Position numbers and translations under genes: made by a program. A stretch of DNA of 64,000 nucleotides, from contig JAZQHC010000037.1 of NCBI GenBank assembly GCA_045540335.1, positions 1,104 through 65,103 of the forward strand, read 5' to 3'. Below, in pieces: positions 7,491-15,866 of the stretch. The notes below the pieces were generated by a model. It ran no database searches. It was given only the letters and a program-made list of their open reading frames with translations, and was not told the origin of the DNA. Origin of the DNA: Eubacteriales bacterium (lineage in GTDB: Bacteria > Bacillota > Clostridia > Oscillospirales > CAG-272). Positions within the stretch are counted from its first letter, which is position 1; each line of letters starts with the position of its first letter.

Positions 7491-8234
7491 TCAATAGCCC
7501 GTGGTGTCTTTATATACACCGAGGGGATATATGGGTTTCATTTTTTCTTCAACAAACTTCAACGCTTCAACCGGTGAAAGACCCCAGTTGGTGGGGCAAG
7601 TTGAAAGAACTTCTACAATGGAAAGGCCTTTTTTATCTATCTGCGCTTGGAACGCCTTTTTAATAGCCTTTTTAGTAGCCCTTACACCCTTAACATCGTT
7701 TACCGCAACGCGTTCGGCATATGCAACGCCGTCAAGCGTGGACATCAATTCGCAAACGTGAACGGGGTGGCCCTGAATGTTTTTGTCACGGCCGTAGGGT
7801 GAAGTTGTAGTTACCTGGCCAAGCATCGTCGTAGGTGCCATTTGGCCGCCTGTCATACCGTAGTTTGTGTTATTTATAAAGATGATAGTTATGTTTTCGC
7901 CTCTTGCACCGACGTGAACCGTTTCAGCAGTACCGATAGCGGCAAGGTCGCCGTCGCCCTGGTATGTGAAAACAACGTTGTCGGGGTGCGTGCGCTTTAC
8001 ACCCGTAGCAACTGCGGGTGCACGGCCGTGTGCCGCTTCTATCATGTCACATTCGAAATAATTATATGCAAATACCGCACATCCTACAGGGGCAACGCCT
8101 ACTGTTTTGCCTTCTATACCAAGCTCGTCAAGCACTTCGGCAACAAGCCTGTGAACGATACCGTGCGTACAGCCGGGGCAGTAGTGCATGGGTACGTCGG
8201 ACATTGCGTTAGGTTTTTTGAATACTACCGACAT
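7491..8234 (-). CDS. 2-oxoacid:ferredoxin oxidoreductase, beta (TPP-binding) subunit
   Basis: YCPGCTHG and GDGD..AIG TPP motifs. Confidence 0.88.
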   Translation of the reverse strand: MSVVFKKPNAMSDVPMHYCPGCTHGIVHRLVAEVLDELGIEGKTVGVAPVGCAVFAYNYFECDMIEAAHGRAPAVATGVKRTHPDNVVFTYQGDGDLAAIGTAETVHVGARGENITIIFINNTNYGMTGGQMAPTTMLGQVTTTSPYGRDKNIQGHPVHVCELMSTLDGVAYAERVAVNDVKGVRATKKAIKKAFQAQIDKKGLSIVEVLSTCPTNWGLSPVEALKFVEEKMKPIYPLGVYKDTTGY

Positions 8235-9292
8235 TATTTATTACCTCCCATTTCTTCGATCTTTGCAAGAACGTCTTCAACGGTCATCATAGAACCGCCC
8301 GTTCTGCCCAAAAATTCTACGGGCTTGGAGCATTCGATAGCCAGCTTAACGTCTGTTATCATCTGGCCCATATTAAGCTCTACCGTAAGGAATTTGCTTG
8401 CCGTTTTTGAAAGTGCAAGCAACTCTTTTTCAGGGAACGGCGAAAGGGTGATGGGGCGCAAAAGGCCAACCTTTATACCCTTTGCCCTTGCTGCTGTAAC
8501 TGCACTTTTGCAGATACGGGAAGTAATACCGTATGCAACGATAACGATATCAGCATCTTCAGTCATAAACTGCTCGCATCTTACTTCGTTTTCGTCTATC
8601 TTCTTGTATTTTTCGTATCTTGCCAAAACGGAATTTTCAAGCTCTTCGGGGTTAAGGAAAAGAGAAGTGATTATATTCTTTTTACGTTTGCCCTGGTGGC
8701 CGCACGCTGCCCAATCCTTTTCGGGAATTTCGCGTTTTTTGATAACGTCGAAATCAACAGGCTCCATCATTTGGCCCAACGCACCGTCTGCCAGAATAAG
8801 AACGGGCACGCGGTACATATCTGCAATATCAAACGCTTCACAGGTAAGCTCTGCCATTTCCTGAACGGAAGAGGGTGCAAGCACGAAAAGGTGCATATCA
8901 CCGTGGCCGAGCGCTTTCGTTGCCTGATAGTAATCTGCCTGCGAGGGCTGAATGCCGCCAAGACCGGGGCCGCCCCTTTGTACGTTAAGAATAACGCAGG
9001 GCAGATCGCAACCTACTATGTAGCTTATGCCTTCGCTTTTAAGGCTGATACCGGGCGAAGATGATGACGTCATGCAACGCGTACCGGAAGAAGCCGCACC
9101 GTAAATCATGTTGATTGCCGCAACTTCAGATTCTGCCTGCAAGCAAAGACCGCCAACCTTCGGCATTCTTTTTGCCATGTATTCGGCAATTTCAGTCTGG
9201 GGGGTTATAGGATAACCGAAGTAATGCAGACATCCCGCTTTGATAGCAGCCTCTGCAATGGCTTCGTTGCCTTTCATAAGTACCTTTGCCAT
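8234..9292 (-). CDS. 2-oxoacid:ferredoxin oxidoreductase, alpha subunit
   Basis: MKGNEAIAEAAIKAGC..FGYPITPQTEI N-terminus typical of KorA/VorA-type subunits. Confidence 0.88.
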   Translation of the reverse strand: MAKVLMKGNEAIAEAAIKAGCLHYFGYPITPQTEIAEYMAKRMPKVGGLCLQAESEVAAINMIYGAASSGTRCMTSSSSPGISLKSEGISYIVGCDLPCVILNVQRGGPGLGGIQPSQADYYQATKALGHGDMHLFVLAPSSVQEMAELTCEAFDIADMYRVPVLILADGALGQMMEPVDFDVIKKREIPEKDWAACGHQGKRKKNIITSLFLNPEELENSVLARYEKYKKIDENEVRCEQFMTEDADIVIVAYGITSRICKSAVTAARAKGIKVGLLRPITLSPFPEKELLALSKTASKFLTVELNMGQMITDVKLAIECSKPVEFLGRTGGSMMTVEDVLAKIEEMGGNK

Positions 9293-9294
9293 AT

Positions 9295-9525
9295 TTATGC
9301 CTCCTGTTCCTTTTCAATATCTTTTTCAACCGTTATAACGGCGTCGGGGCACATAGTCGCGCACATAGCGCATGCAATACAAGCACCCATATCCGTAACT
9401 TGTGCGGGGTGATAACCCTTTGCGTTAAGTACGGAGGTATCAAGCGATACGATTTTTTTGGGGCAGGCTACAACACAAAGCCCGCACCCCTTGCACCTTT
9501 CGGTGTTGAAGGTTACTCTGTTCAT
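9295..9525 (-). CDS. 2x[4Fe-4S] ferredoxin-type delta subunit
   Basis: CKGCGLCVVACP and CIACAMCATMCP cluster motifs. Confidence 0.85.
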   Translation of the reverse strand: MNRVTFNTERCKGCGLCVVACPKKIVSLDTSVLNAKGYHPAQVTDMGACIACAMCATMCPDAVITVEKDIEKEQEA

Positions 9526-9533
9526 AATTCCTC

Positions 9534-10193
9534 CTAAAATAACTTTTTTGTTATATTCTGCATTGTAAACACCTCTGTATTACAAACGGGCATCTCTCCC
9601 ATTACCGAGGTGAATTTTATATTCAAGCCCGAAAGGCGAGAAAATTCTTCAGCGTAAGAAAAAGAATTTTCAATATCTTCCTTTTGGGTGAATTGACCTA
9701 AATTGGAATTGTTTATACAACAAGTGCATTTTAAACGGCTTCTTGCTTCAATCTCTTTCAATATTTTCATTGCGCCGTCGGGCGTTTCGGTTATAGGGCG
9801 GTACATATTGAAAACGTATGCCATTTCGTACCCGAAAGAGGTTATTTCTTTGTTAAAAAAGCCGAGTGCCGCCGCACCTAAGCTGTCGCCCCCTACGTCG
9901 AATATACAAACACCGCCGTTTTTAAGGTGCGGAAATACCGAATATACCTCTGCCGGGATAGATGGAATATCAACGTTTGTATTAGCAAATACAGGGGCGA
10001 TCACGTTTATATTTTTTTCTTTCATAAGGCTTTCTGCATCTTTTGTGCGGAAATATGGGTTTACGGTATCAAGATCAACGATCGTAACGTTTTCGCCTGC
10101 TTCGGCGTATTTAGTTGCAATATTTACAGAAATATTAGTTTTACCGCTTCCGAAATGGCCGGTAACGATAATAAGCTTTGAAGAAAAAAACAT
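9534..10193 (-). CDS. P-loop NTPase (MinD/CooC-like), first gene of the oxidoreductase operon
   Basis: Walker A GHFGSGKTN. Sits 8 nt upstream of the delta subunit on the same strand. Confidence 0.5.
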   Translation of the reverse strand: MFFSSKLIIVTGHFGSGKTNISVNIATKYAEAGENVTIVDLDTVNPYFRTKDAESLMKEKNINVIAPVFANTNVDIPSIPAEVYSVFPHLKNGGVCIFDVGGDSLGAAALGFFNKEITSFGYEMAYVFNMYRPITETPDGAMKILKEIEARSRLKCTCCINNSNLGQFTQKEDIENSFSYAEEFSRLSGLNIKFTSVMGEMPVCNTEVFTMQNITKKLF

Positions 10194-10400
10194 ATAAACC
10201 TACCGCAAACTTGTATAATTAATCAACATTATACCACATATACCAACATATTTTAATATAATAAATAATTATCGTAAATGAATTTTTTGTAAACTTTATG
10301 TCCGACGTGATACAGTACATTTTTGCGTATTAAAAAAACTGCGTATAAAAAAAGCCATTGATGCAAAGAATCATAACAAACAAATAAAAGGAGAGAAAAT

Positions 10401-11069
10401 ATGTTTAAACACGAAAAAATGCTTTTCCACCCTGTGGAGGTAGAAAGACCGAATCCGCAGTACGCAGCCCTTTTGCACGAACAGCTCGGCGGGGCAAACG
10501 GGGAATTAAAGGCGGCGATGCAGTATATGTCGCAAAGCTTCAGAATAAAAGACCCCGAAATAAAAGATCTTTTTTTGGATATCGCCGCAGAAGAGCTTGG
10601 CCACATGGAAATGGTGGCGCAAACGATAAATCTTTTAAACGGGCATGAGGTTGATGCTTCAAGCGTTCCTGCAGGAGAAATACAAACGCACGTTATTCTC
10701 GGCTTGAATCCGGGCTTGATAAATGCTTCCGGCTATTCGTGGACGGGTGACTACGTTTCAGTAACGGGCGATCTTTGCGCCGACCTGCTTTCAAATATCG
10801 CCTCCGAACAGAGGGCAAAGGTGGTATATGAATATCTTTACAGGCAAATAAACGACAAAAAGGTGCGCGAAACGATAGATTTTCTTTTAAACAGAGAGGA
10901 AGCGCACAACGCTATGTTCCGCGAAGCCTTCAATAAGGTTCAGCACAGCGGTTCAAACAGAGATTTCGGAACGACTAAGGCGGCGAAGATGTATTTCAGT
11001 ATGTCAGAACCGTCGCCCGAAAACAGCCGATTTACAAACGTAGGCGGCAACCCTGTATCATTTAATTGA
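10401..11069 (+). CDS. manganese catalase family protein (CotJC-like)
   Basis: GGANGELKAAMQYMSQSF and AAEELGHMEMV motifs. RBS AAAGGAGAG. Confidence 0.85.
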   Translation: MFKHEKMLFHPVEVERPNPQYAALLHEQLGGANGELKAAMQYMSQSFRIKDPEIKDLFLDIAAEELGHMEMVAQTINLLNGHEVDASSVPAGEIQTHVILGLNPGLINASGYSWTGDYVSVTGDLCADLLSNIASEQRAKVVYEYLYRQINDKKVRETIDFLLNREEAHNAMFREAFNKVQHSGSNRDFGTTKAAKMYFSMSEPSPENSRFTNVGGNPVSFN

Positions 11070-11085
11070 TCGTTGCGAAAAATGC

Positions 11086-11147
11086 TTGACTATAACTTGA
11101 AAAGATAGTATAATCAGATCTGTAAGCGGTACAACGCTTGCAGATCT
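11086..11147 (+). promoter_or_regulatory. sigma-A promoter (TTGACT-17-TATAAT) immediately followed by a 13-bp inverted repeat (candidate operator or 5' stem-loop)
   Basis: TTGACT 11086-11091 and TATAAT 11109-11114. AGATCTGTAAGCG 11116-11128 pairs with CGCTTGCAGATCT 11135-11147. Confidence 0.6.
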
Positions 11148-11179
11148 TTTGTGTTAAGTGTTTAAAAGAGAGGAAGTAT

Positions 11180-13048
11180 ATGAAAAAGATCGTTGTACTT
11201 TTATTGATAATATCCGTTTTCCTTACCGCGTGCGAGAATAAAAACAATGCAGAAACCACGGCTTCAAACCTTCCGCAGGCAGATGCATCGTGCACGCATG
11301 AAGATGCCGACGGTAACGGCCTGTGCGACAATTGCAAGGGGGCGGTAACGGTAACGGTTGATTTTTACGCCATCAACGATTTGCACGGCAAATTTGGGGA
11401 TACTGATGCAAATATAGGGGTTGACGAGCTTACCTCGTACATAAAAAATTCAGGAAAGGCTGATGATAATTATGTCGTTCTTTCTTCGGGCGATATGTGG
11501 CAGGGCGGTTCGGAATCGAACCTTACAAAAGGAAATATAATTACCGAATGGATGAACGATCTTGATGTTGCTTCGATGACGCTGGGAAACCACGAATTTG
11601 ATTGGGGCATAGAATACATAGTTGAAAATGCCGAAATTGCAGAATTTCCGTTTTTGGCAATCAATATATACGATAAAAGTACAAATCAATTAGCTGATTT
11701 TTGCACACCGTCCGTTATTGTCGATCGCGGCGGAATACAAATAGGCATAATCGGTGCTATCGGTGATTGCTATTCATCTATATCGTCAGACAAAACCGAG
11801 GGGATATATTTTAAAACAGATGCAGCCCTTACGTCGCTTGTAAAGGTAGAATCAGAAAAACTTAGAAATGCAGGTGCGGATTACATAGTATATTCGCTTC
11901 ACGATGGATATGGAAGATCGAAAAACGGTGTATCATCAATAGACGGCAACATGATATCCTCGTATTACGATATCGAGCTTTCGAAAAACGGATACGTTGA
12001 TATCGTGTTTGAAGGGCATACACATAAAAATTACGTTCTTAAAGATACATACGGCGTTTACCATTTGCAAAGCGGCGGCGATAATGAAGGTATTGCCCAT
12101 GCAGAGGTTACTGTCAATTTTGTTACGTCTGAAAATACGGTAAATACGGTGGAATACGTTTCTTCCGACAGGTACGCCTCTATGCAGGATGACCCGATAG
12201 TTAAAAAGCTTCTTGAAAAGTACGCTGAAGAAATTTCACAAGGATCTTTGTCAATAGGCACTAACGATATTAAGCGTGAAAGCGACTTTTTGTGCCAGAC
12301 CGTGGCAGATCTGTACTACAAAAAGGGTATAGAACGCTGGGGCAGCAGATATGATATCGTTCTTGGCGGTGGGTTTATTTCCGCCAGAAGCCCTTATTAC
12401 CTTGCATCGGGCGAAGTAACGTATGCAATGGTACAAGCTGTATTTCCGTTTGATAATCCGCTTGTGCTTTGTACGGTAAGCGGAAAGGACCTTAAAAACA
12501 AGTTTCTGCAAACCTCAAACAAAAACTATTTCGTTTCTTACGAAAGCACGTTGGCATCACGTATCGATGATAGCGAAACGTATTTTATCGTGGTAGATAC
12601 CTATACCTCGACTTACGCGCCGAATAATCTTACCGAGGTAGAAATGTATAATCCGAACATATTTGCGCGCGATATTCTTGCAGACTATATTGCCGCGGGC
12701 GGCTTTACAGATTCGGGTAAAACTTATCAAAAACTTTCCATACCTGAAATAACCGTAATAGGAAACGCCCTGGCGGATAATGCCCAAACGGAAGAAAAGT
12801 ATATTACCAAAGGAAAAATAACGCAGATACACAATTCAAAATACGGCAATATGACAATAGAAGACGAAGATAAAAATACCCTTTACATATACGGCTTATA
12901 TGATGCTTTGGGCGAAAGATACGATAAAATGGCAAATCCGCCGCAGATAGGCGACGTTATTACCGTATGCGCCCATATTAAAAAGTTTGTTGATAAAAAT
13001 ACATCGCCTGCATTGGTAGAGCTTGTAAATGCAAAGCTGTACGAATAA
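11180..13048 (+). CDS. lipoprotein, calcineurin-like metallophosphoesterase/5'-nucleotidase family with a C-terminal OB-fold-like tail
   Basis: Signal plus lipobox MKKIVVLLLIISVFLTAC. Motifs NDLHG, GDMWQG, GNHEFD and GHTH. The ATG at 11180 follows GAGAGGAAG. Confidence 0.8.
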   Translation: MKKIVVLLLIISVFLTACENKNNAETTASNLPQADASCTHEDADGNGLCDNCKGAVTVTVDFYAINDLHGKFGDTDANIGVDELTSYIKNSGKADDNYVVLSSGDMWQGGSESNLTKGNIITEWMNDLDVASMTLGNHEFDWGIEYIVENAEIAEFPFLAINIYDKSTNQLADFCTPSVIVDRGGIQIGIIGAIGDCYSSISSDKTEGIYFKTDAALTSLVKVESEKLRNAGADYIVYSLHDGYGRSKNGVSSIDGNMISSYYDIELSKNGYVDIVFEGHTHKNYVLKDTYGVYHLQSGGDNEGIAHAEVTVNFVTSENTVNTVEYVSSDRYASMQDDPIVKKLLEKYAEEISQGSLSIGTNDIKRESDFLCQTVADLYYKKGIERWGSRYDIVLGGGFISARSPYYLASGEVTYAMVQAVFPFDNPLVLCTVSGKDLKNKFLQTSNKNYFVSYESTLASRIDDSETYFIVVDTYTSTYAPNNLTEVEMYNPNIFARDILADYIAAGGFTDSGKTYQKLSIPEITVIGNALADNAQTEEKYITKGKITQIHNSKYGNMTIEDEDKNTLYIYGLYDALGERYDKMANPPQIGDVITVCAHIKKFVDKNTSPALVELVNAKLYE

Positions 13049-13073
13049 TTTAATGGATAAGTAATGTAATAAA

Positions 13074-13114
13074 AACACCCGAAGAAGAAAACATCTTTTT
13101 CGGGTGTTGTTTTT
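13074..13114 (+). terminator. intrinsic terminator
   Basis: AACACCCGAA..TTCGGGTGTT stem followed by GTTTTT. Confidence 0.75.
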
Positions 13115-13117
13115 AGT

Positions 13118-13210
13118 AATGAAGCGTTTGCCTTGCAAACGTGAAGCAAAGGCTGAACGCCTTTATGAAGCGCAAGACCTTGTCTTGCATGAAGCGAAGC
13201 TGCGCTTCAC
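13118..13210 (+). repeat. hairpin array C: four different hairpins on ATGAAGC/GTGAAGC linkers
   Basis: Linkers at 13119-25, 13141-47, 13165-71 and 13189-95. Hairpins gtttgc-ctt-gcaaac, aaaggc-tgaac-gccttt, gcaagac-ctt-gtcttgc and gaagc-tgc-gcttc. Confidence 0.75.
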
Positions 13211-13225
13211 GGACGGAAACATCTA

Positions 13226-15265
13226 TTATTTTACGATGTATCTCATAAATATGGGATGGTGGTCAGACGGGAAATCACCGTTAACCTTTTCGTTGCAAAC
13301 CCTGTAAGACCTCAAGTTGAAGTCGGAAGCGGATGCAAATACGTAGTCAAGCACTCTGTTATCTGCACCGAAGTTTGTAAACGTAGATGCTTCATATCTG
13401 GAAGCGGCGTTCTTCGCGCTGTCAACAAAGCCGTTTGCAATTACGTTGTTGTAAGTAGCAGAGCCGGGCGTTGTGTTAAAGTCGCCTGTGAGAATCGTGG
13501 GGTAATCACCGTAAGACTTCAAGAAGTTATAAAGAACACCAAGCTGCTTTATTCTTATTGCGTCGTTCGTATATTCGACGTGCGTGTTAACTACAAGTAT
13601 TTTCTTGCCATCGTCGATTCTTTGAAGAAGTGCATAAGTAAATATACGAATATAAGAAGAATCGGGGAATTTAGAAACAACGTCAGGTGTGCCGGAAAGC
13701 CACTTTGTGCCGCTATCTAAAAGCTTGAAAATGTGCTTGTTGTACATGATTGCGCTGTGCTCGCCTTTAGAACCGCCTTCACGGCCCAAGCCTACGAAGC
13801 CGTATGTGCCGCCAAGGTTGTTTTTAAGCAACGTCATCCAGCTGGGGGTAGCTTCCTGAATACCGATGGTATCGGGCGTGTAGCTCTTCATCAAGGAAAG
13901 AACTCTGTTTGTTCTTGTCGTGTTGAACTGACCGCAATATACGTTGAACGTCATTGCAGACATAACGCCTTTAGTAATGTTGAAAAGCTGTGCGTTTGTA
14001 GAGTTGGACGTCCAAATCTGAACGTTTGTCATATTTGCTGTGCCTGCTGCTGCAACGTCTAAAACAAAGTTTTCGGACAAAGCAGAACAGAAGGTGTACT
14101 TACCGTCTTTTTCATAGATAAACCAACGTTGTGCAGCAGATCCGTTGCCGGGTGCAATGTAAACGTTTGTACCGTTTGCAGCACCGCCCTGTACTGTAAG
14201 AACGTAGTTTGTTGTGTTGTTGTTTACGATAACGTAGCTTCCGTCAGACTGACGTTCAAAACGCCATACCTGGTCGGAGTTTTGCGACGGGGAGTAAATT
14301 ATTACGTTAGTGCCCGAAACCGCAATGTTCTTGGAAACGTAAGAAAGGGAGATGCTTGCGTTGAAGCGTGTACCAAGGTTTGCAGGCTTGGGTGCTTCGG
14401 GTTCAGCGGGTACTTCAGGTACTTCGGGTTCAACAACGGGGGGCGTGGTGGGTTCTTCGTTTTCTGTGTTATCGTCGGATACGTCAACAGTAGTGATCTT
14501 GAACTGTTGAAGCGCTGCGCTTGCAAACGTGCTCATATACACATTTGCACCTGCGGAAGAGCTTGCAGCCGTAAGAACGCATGTAGTGCCGCATTTTGCA
14601 CGCAATGTGTAAGAACTGTTCTGGTTTTGGAAGATGTACCAGCGTTGTGCGTTGGTATCGTTGCTTGCGTAAATGTCAACGTTTGCGCCGGAAGCACGGG
14701 ATGCCGCATAAACATCAAGCACTTTGCCTGTTGCGTTGTTTGTGATCTTATAGCTTCCATCGCTTTGGCGTGTAAGCAGCCATGTTTGATTTGCGTTATC
14801 GGGGTTTGCCGTAACTACGTTATTGCCGCTGGCAGTTACGTTTTTGCTGCCGGAAACCGTGCTGATAACAACGTTGATATTCGTACCAAGATCAACAACG
14901 GGGGCTGTAACGCGGATTTCGTTGATACCATTGCTCATAAAATGGTTCATTGCAGATTCGCGGTTAGAACCGAATGCTGCTTTAAGGTCGCCGTTTTTCG
15001 TAAGATAGTAATCAGTGCTGAAAATAGGGCTTGCCTGACGGCCCTCTTTAACGCCGTGGTTTACAAAGTGATTGTAAAGCTGTGATTCGTTTGTGCCGAA
15101 TGCCGCTTTCAAATCCGCATATCTGTTGGCGTAATACGTAGCGTTAAAAACAACGGATTTAACGCTTGAAGAAATTGAAGCTGCTGCCATGGTCTGCAAC
15201 GGGAATATTGCCGCAACCATGAGGATTGCCAAAAACAATGAAGTCAGTTTCGTGAATCTTTTCAT
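13226..15265 (-). CDS. secreted protein: N-terminal YY..DLKAAFG repeats, two ricin-type beta-trefoil lectin domains, C-terminal endonuclease/exonuclease/phosphatase (EEP) domain
   Basis: Signal peptide. QxW-type triplets (NQTWLL, AQRWYIF, LQQFKI; DQVWRF, AQRWFIY, AQLFNI). Pro/Glu linker. EEP motifs IQE, NTH, GDFN and SDHHP. Confidence 0.75.
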   Translation of the reverse strand: MKRFTKLTSLFLAILMVAAIFPLQTMAAASISSSVKSVVFNATYYANRYADLKAAFGTNESQLYNHFVNHGVKEGRQASPIFSTDYYLTKNGDLKAAFGSNRESAMNHFMSNGINEIRVTAPVVDLGTNINVVISTVSGSKNVTASGNNVVTANPDNANQTWLLTRQSDGSYKITNNATGKVLDVYAASRASGANVDIYASNDTNAQRWYIFQNQNSSYTLRAKCGTTCVLTAASSSAGANVYMSTFASAALQQFKITTVDVSDDNTENEEPTTPPVVEPEVPEVPAEPEAPKPANLGTRFNASISLSYVSKNIAVSGTNVIIYSPSQNSDQVWRFERQSDGSYVIVNNNTTNYVLTVQGGAANGTNVYIAPGNGSAAQRWFIYEKDGKYTFCSALSENFVLDVAAAGTANMTNVQIWTSNSTNAQLFNITKGVMSAMTFNVYCGQFNTTRTNRVLSLMKSYTPDTIGIQEATPSWMTLLKNNLGGTYGFVGLGREGGSKGEHSAIMYNKHIFKLLDSGTKWLSGTPDVVSKFPDSSYIRIFTYALLQRIDDGKKILVVNTHVEYTNDAIRIKQLGVLYNFLKSYGDYPTILTGDFNTTPGSATYNNVIANGFVDSAKNAASRYEASTFTNFGADNRVLDYVFASASDFNLRSYRVCNEKVNGDFPSDHHPIFMRYIVK

Positions 15266-15507
15266 AGTAACTCCTTTTTTAAAATATTTTTAACAATACT
15301 ATTTTACAGTTTCAATGCGGTTTTGTCAAGTAAAAATATAGTTATACGCAAACTTTACATTCTATTAACATTCTATGACGAGTAAATATATGTATATTTT
15401 CCTAAAGATGAAAAAAACATCGGCTTTAAGACTTAAAAAGCTTTGCACCGGAGAAAAATACGTCGAACGAAAAAATAAAAAAATATGAAAAAAATCAAAA
15501 AAAGCTA

Positions 15508-15536
15508 TTGACAAATTCGAAAATATGTTGTATCAT
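15508..15536 (+). promoter_or_regulatory. sigma-A promoter TTGACA-17 nt-TATCAT driving the T-box leader
   Basis: TTGACA 15508-15513 and TATCAT 15531-15536. Confidence 0.65.
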
Positions 15537-15549
15537 ATCGGCATGTAAA

Positions 15550-15804
15550 CACTGTGAAGAAAACGGCGGAAAAAGATTTTTACAGAGAGTCGGCGTTTGG
15601 TGTAAGCCGATAGGATCAATTTCCAAAAAGCCACATCATTTCTGAGTGGGGGAGGCGAAAATTGCAGTAGCCTCTCACGATTAGCCGCGTTAAGGCGAAG
15701 GGCTTTGTGATGAGTCCGAAGTGGCATTTTATGCAAGTTGAGTGGTACCGCGGTGCTTTAACCGTCTCAAGGCTGGTAGTAGCTTTGGGGCGTTTTTTGT
15801 TTTT
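15550..15804 (+). promoter_or_regulatory. T-box leader (tRNA-sensing transcription attenuator)
   Basis: K-turn-like base (CAC-UGU-GA.. / ..UGA-GUG). AG bulge AGAGA 15584-88. Distal loop GTTTGGTGTAA 15595-15605. T-box sequence GAGTGGTACCGCG 15740-52. Terminator stem 15763-73/15782-92 followed by TTTTTTGTTTTT. Confidence 0.85.
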
Positions 15805-15866
15805 CACTCAAGCCGCTTTGAACACCAGAAGCAAACCAATTTCAAAAGAAAGAAAGGTATTGTAAA

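Noticed and set aside
10258-10272. ATAATAA-A-TAATTAT upstream of the Mn-catalase gene might be a PerR/Fur-type 7-1-7 box.
   Set aside because: Only 5 of 7 positions are symmetric, in a generally AT-rich promoter region. It cannot be distinguished from background without a matrix scan.
13104-13307. 67-aa ORF starting inside the terminator and array C.
   Set aside because: It is translated straight through the hairpin array (the periodic EAK/HEAK is just the ATGAAGC linker) and overlaps the 3' end of the convergent EEP gene. There is no RBS.
14129-15085. 318-aa plus-strand ORF opposite the ricin/EEP gene (similar shadows at 7842..8864, 6223..6882, 29267..29863 and 53991..54602).
   Set aside because: The translations are Cys/Val/Arg-rich and low-complexity, with no RBS. 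Each is fully nested antisense to a gene with clear family motifs. These are typical shadow ORFs.
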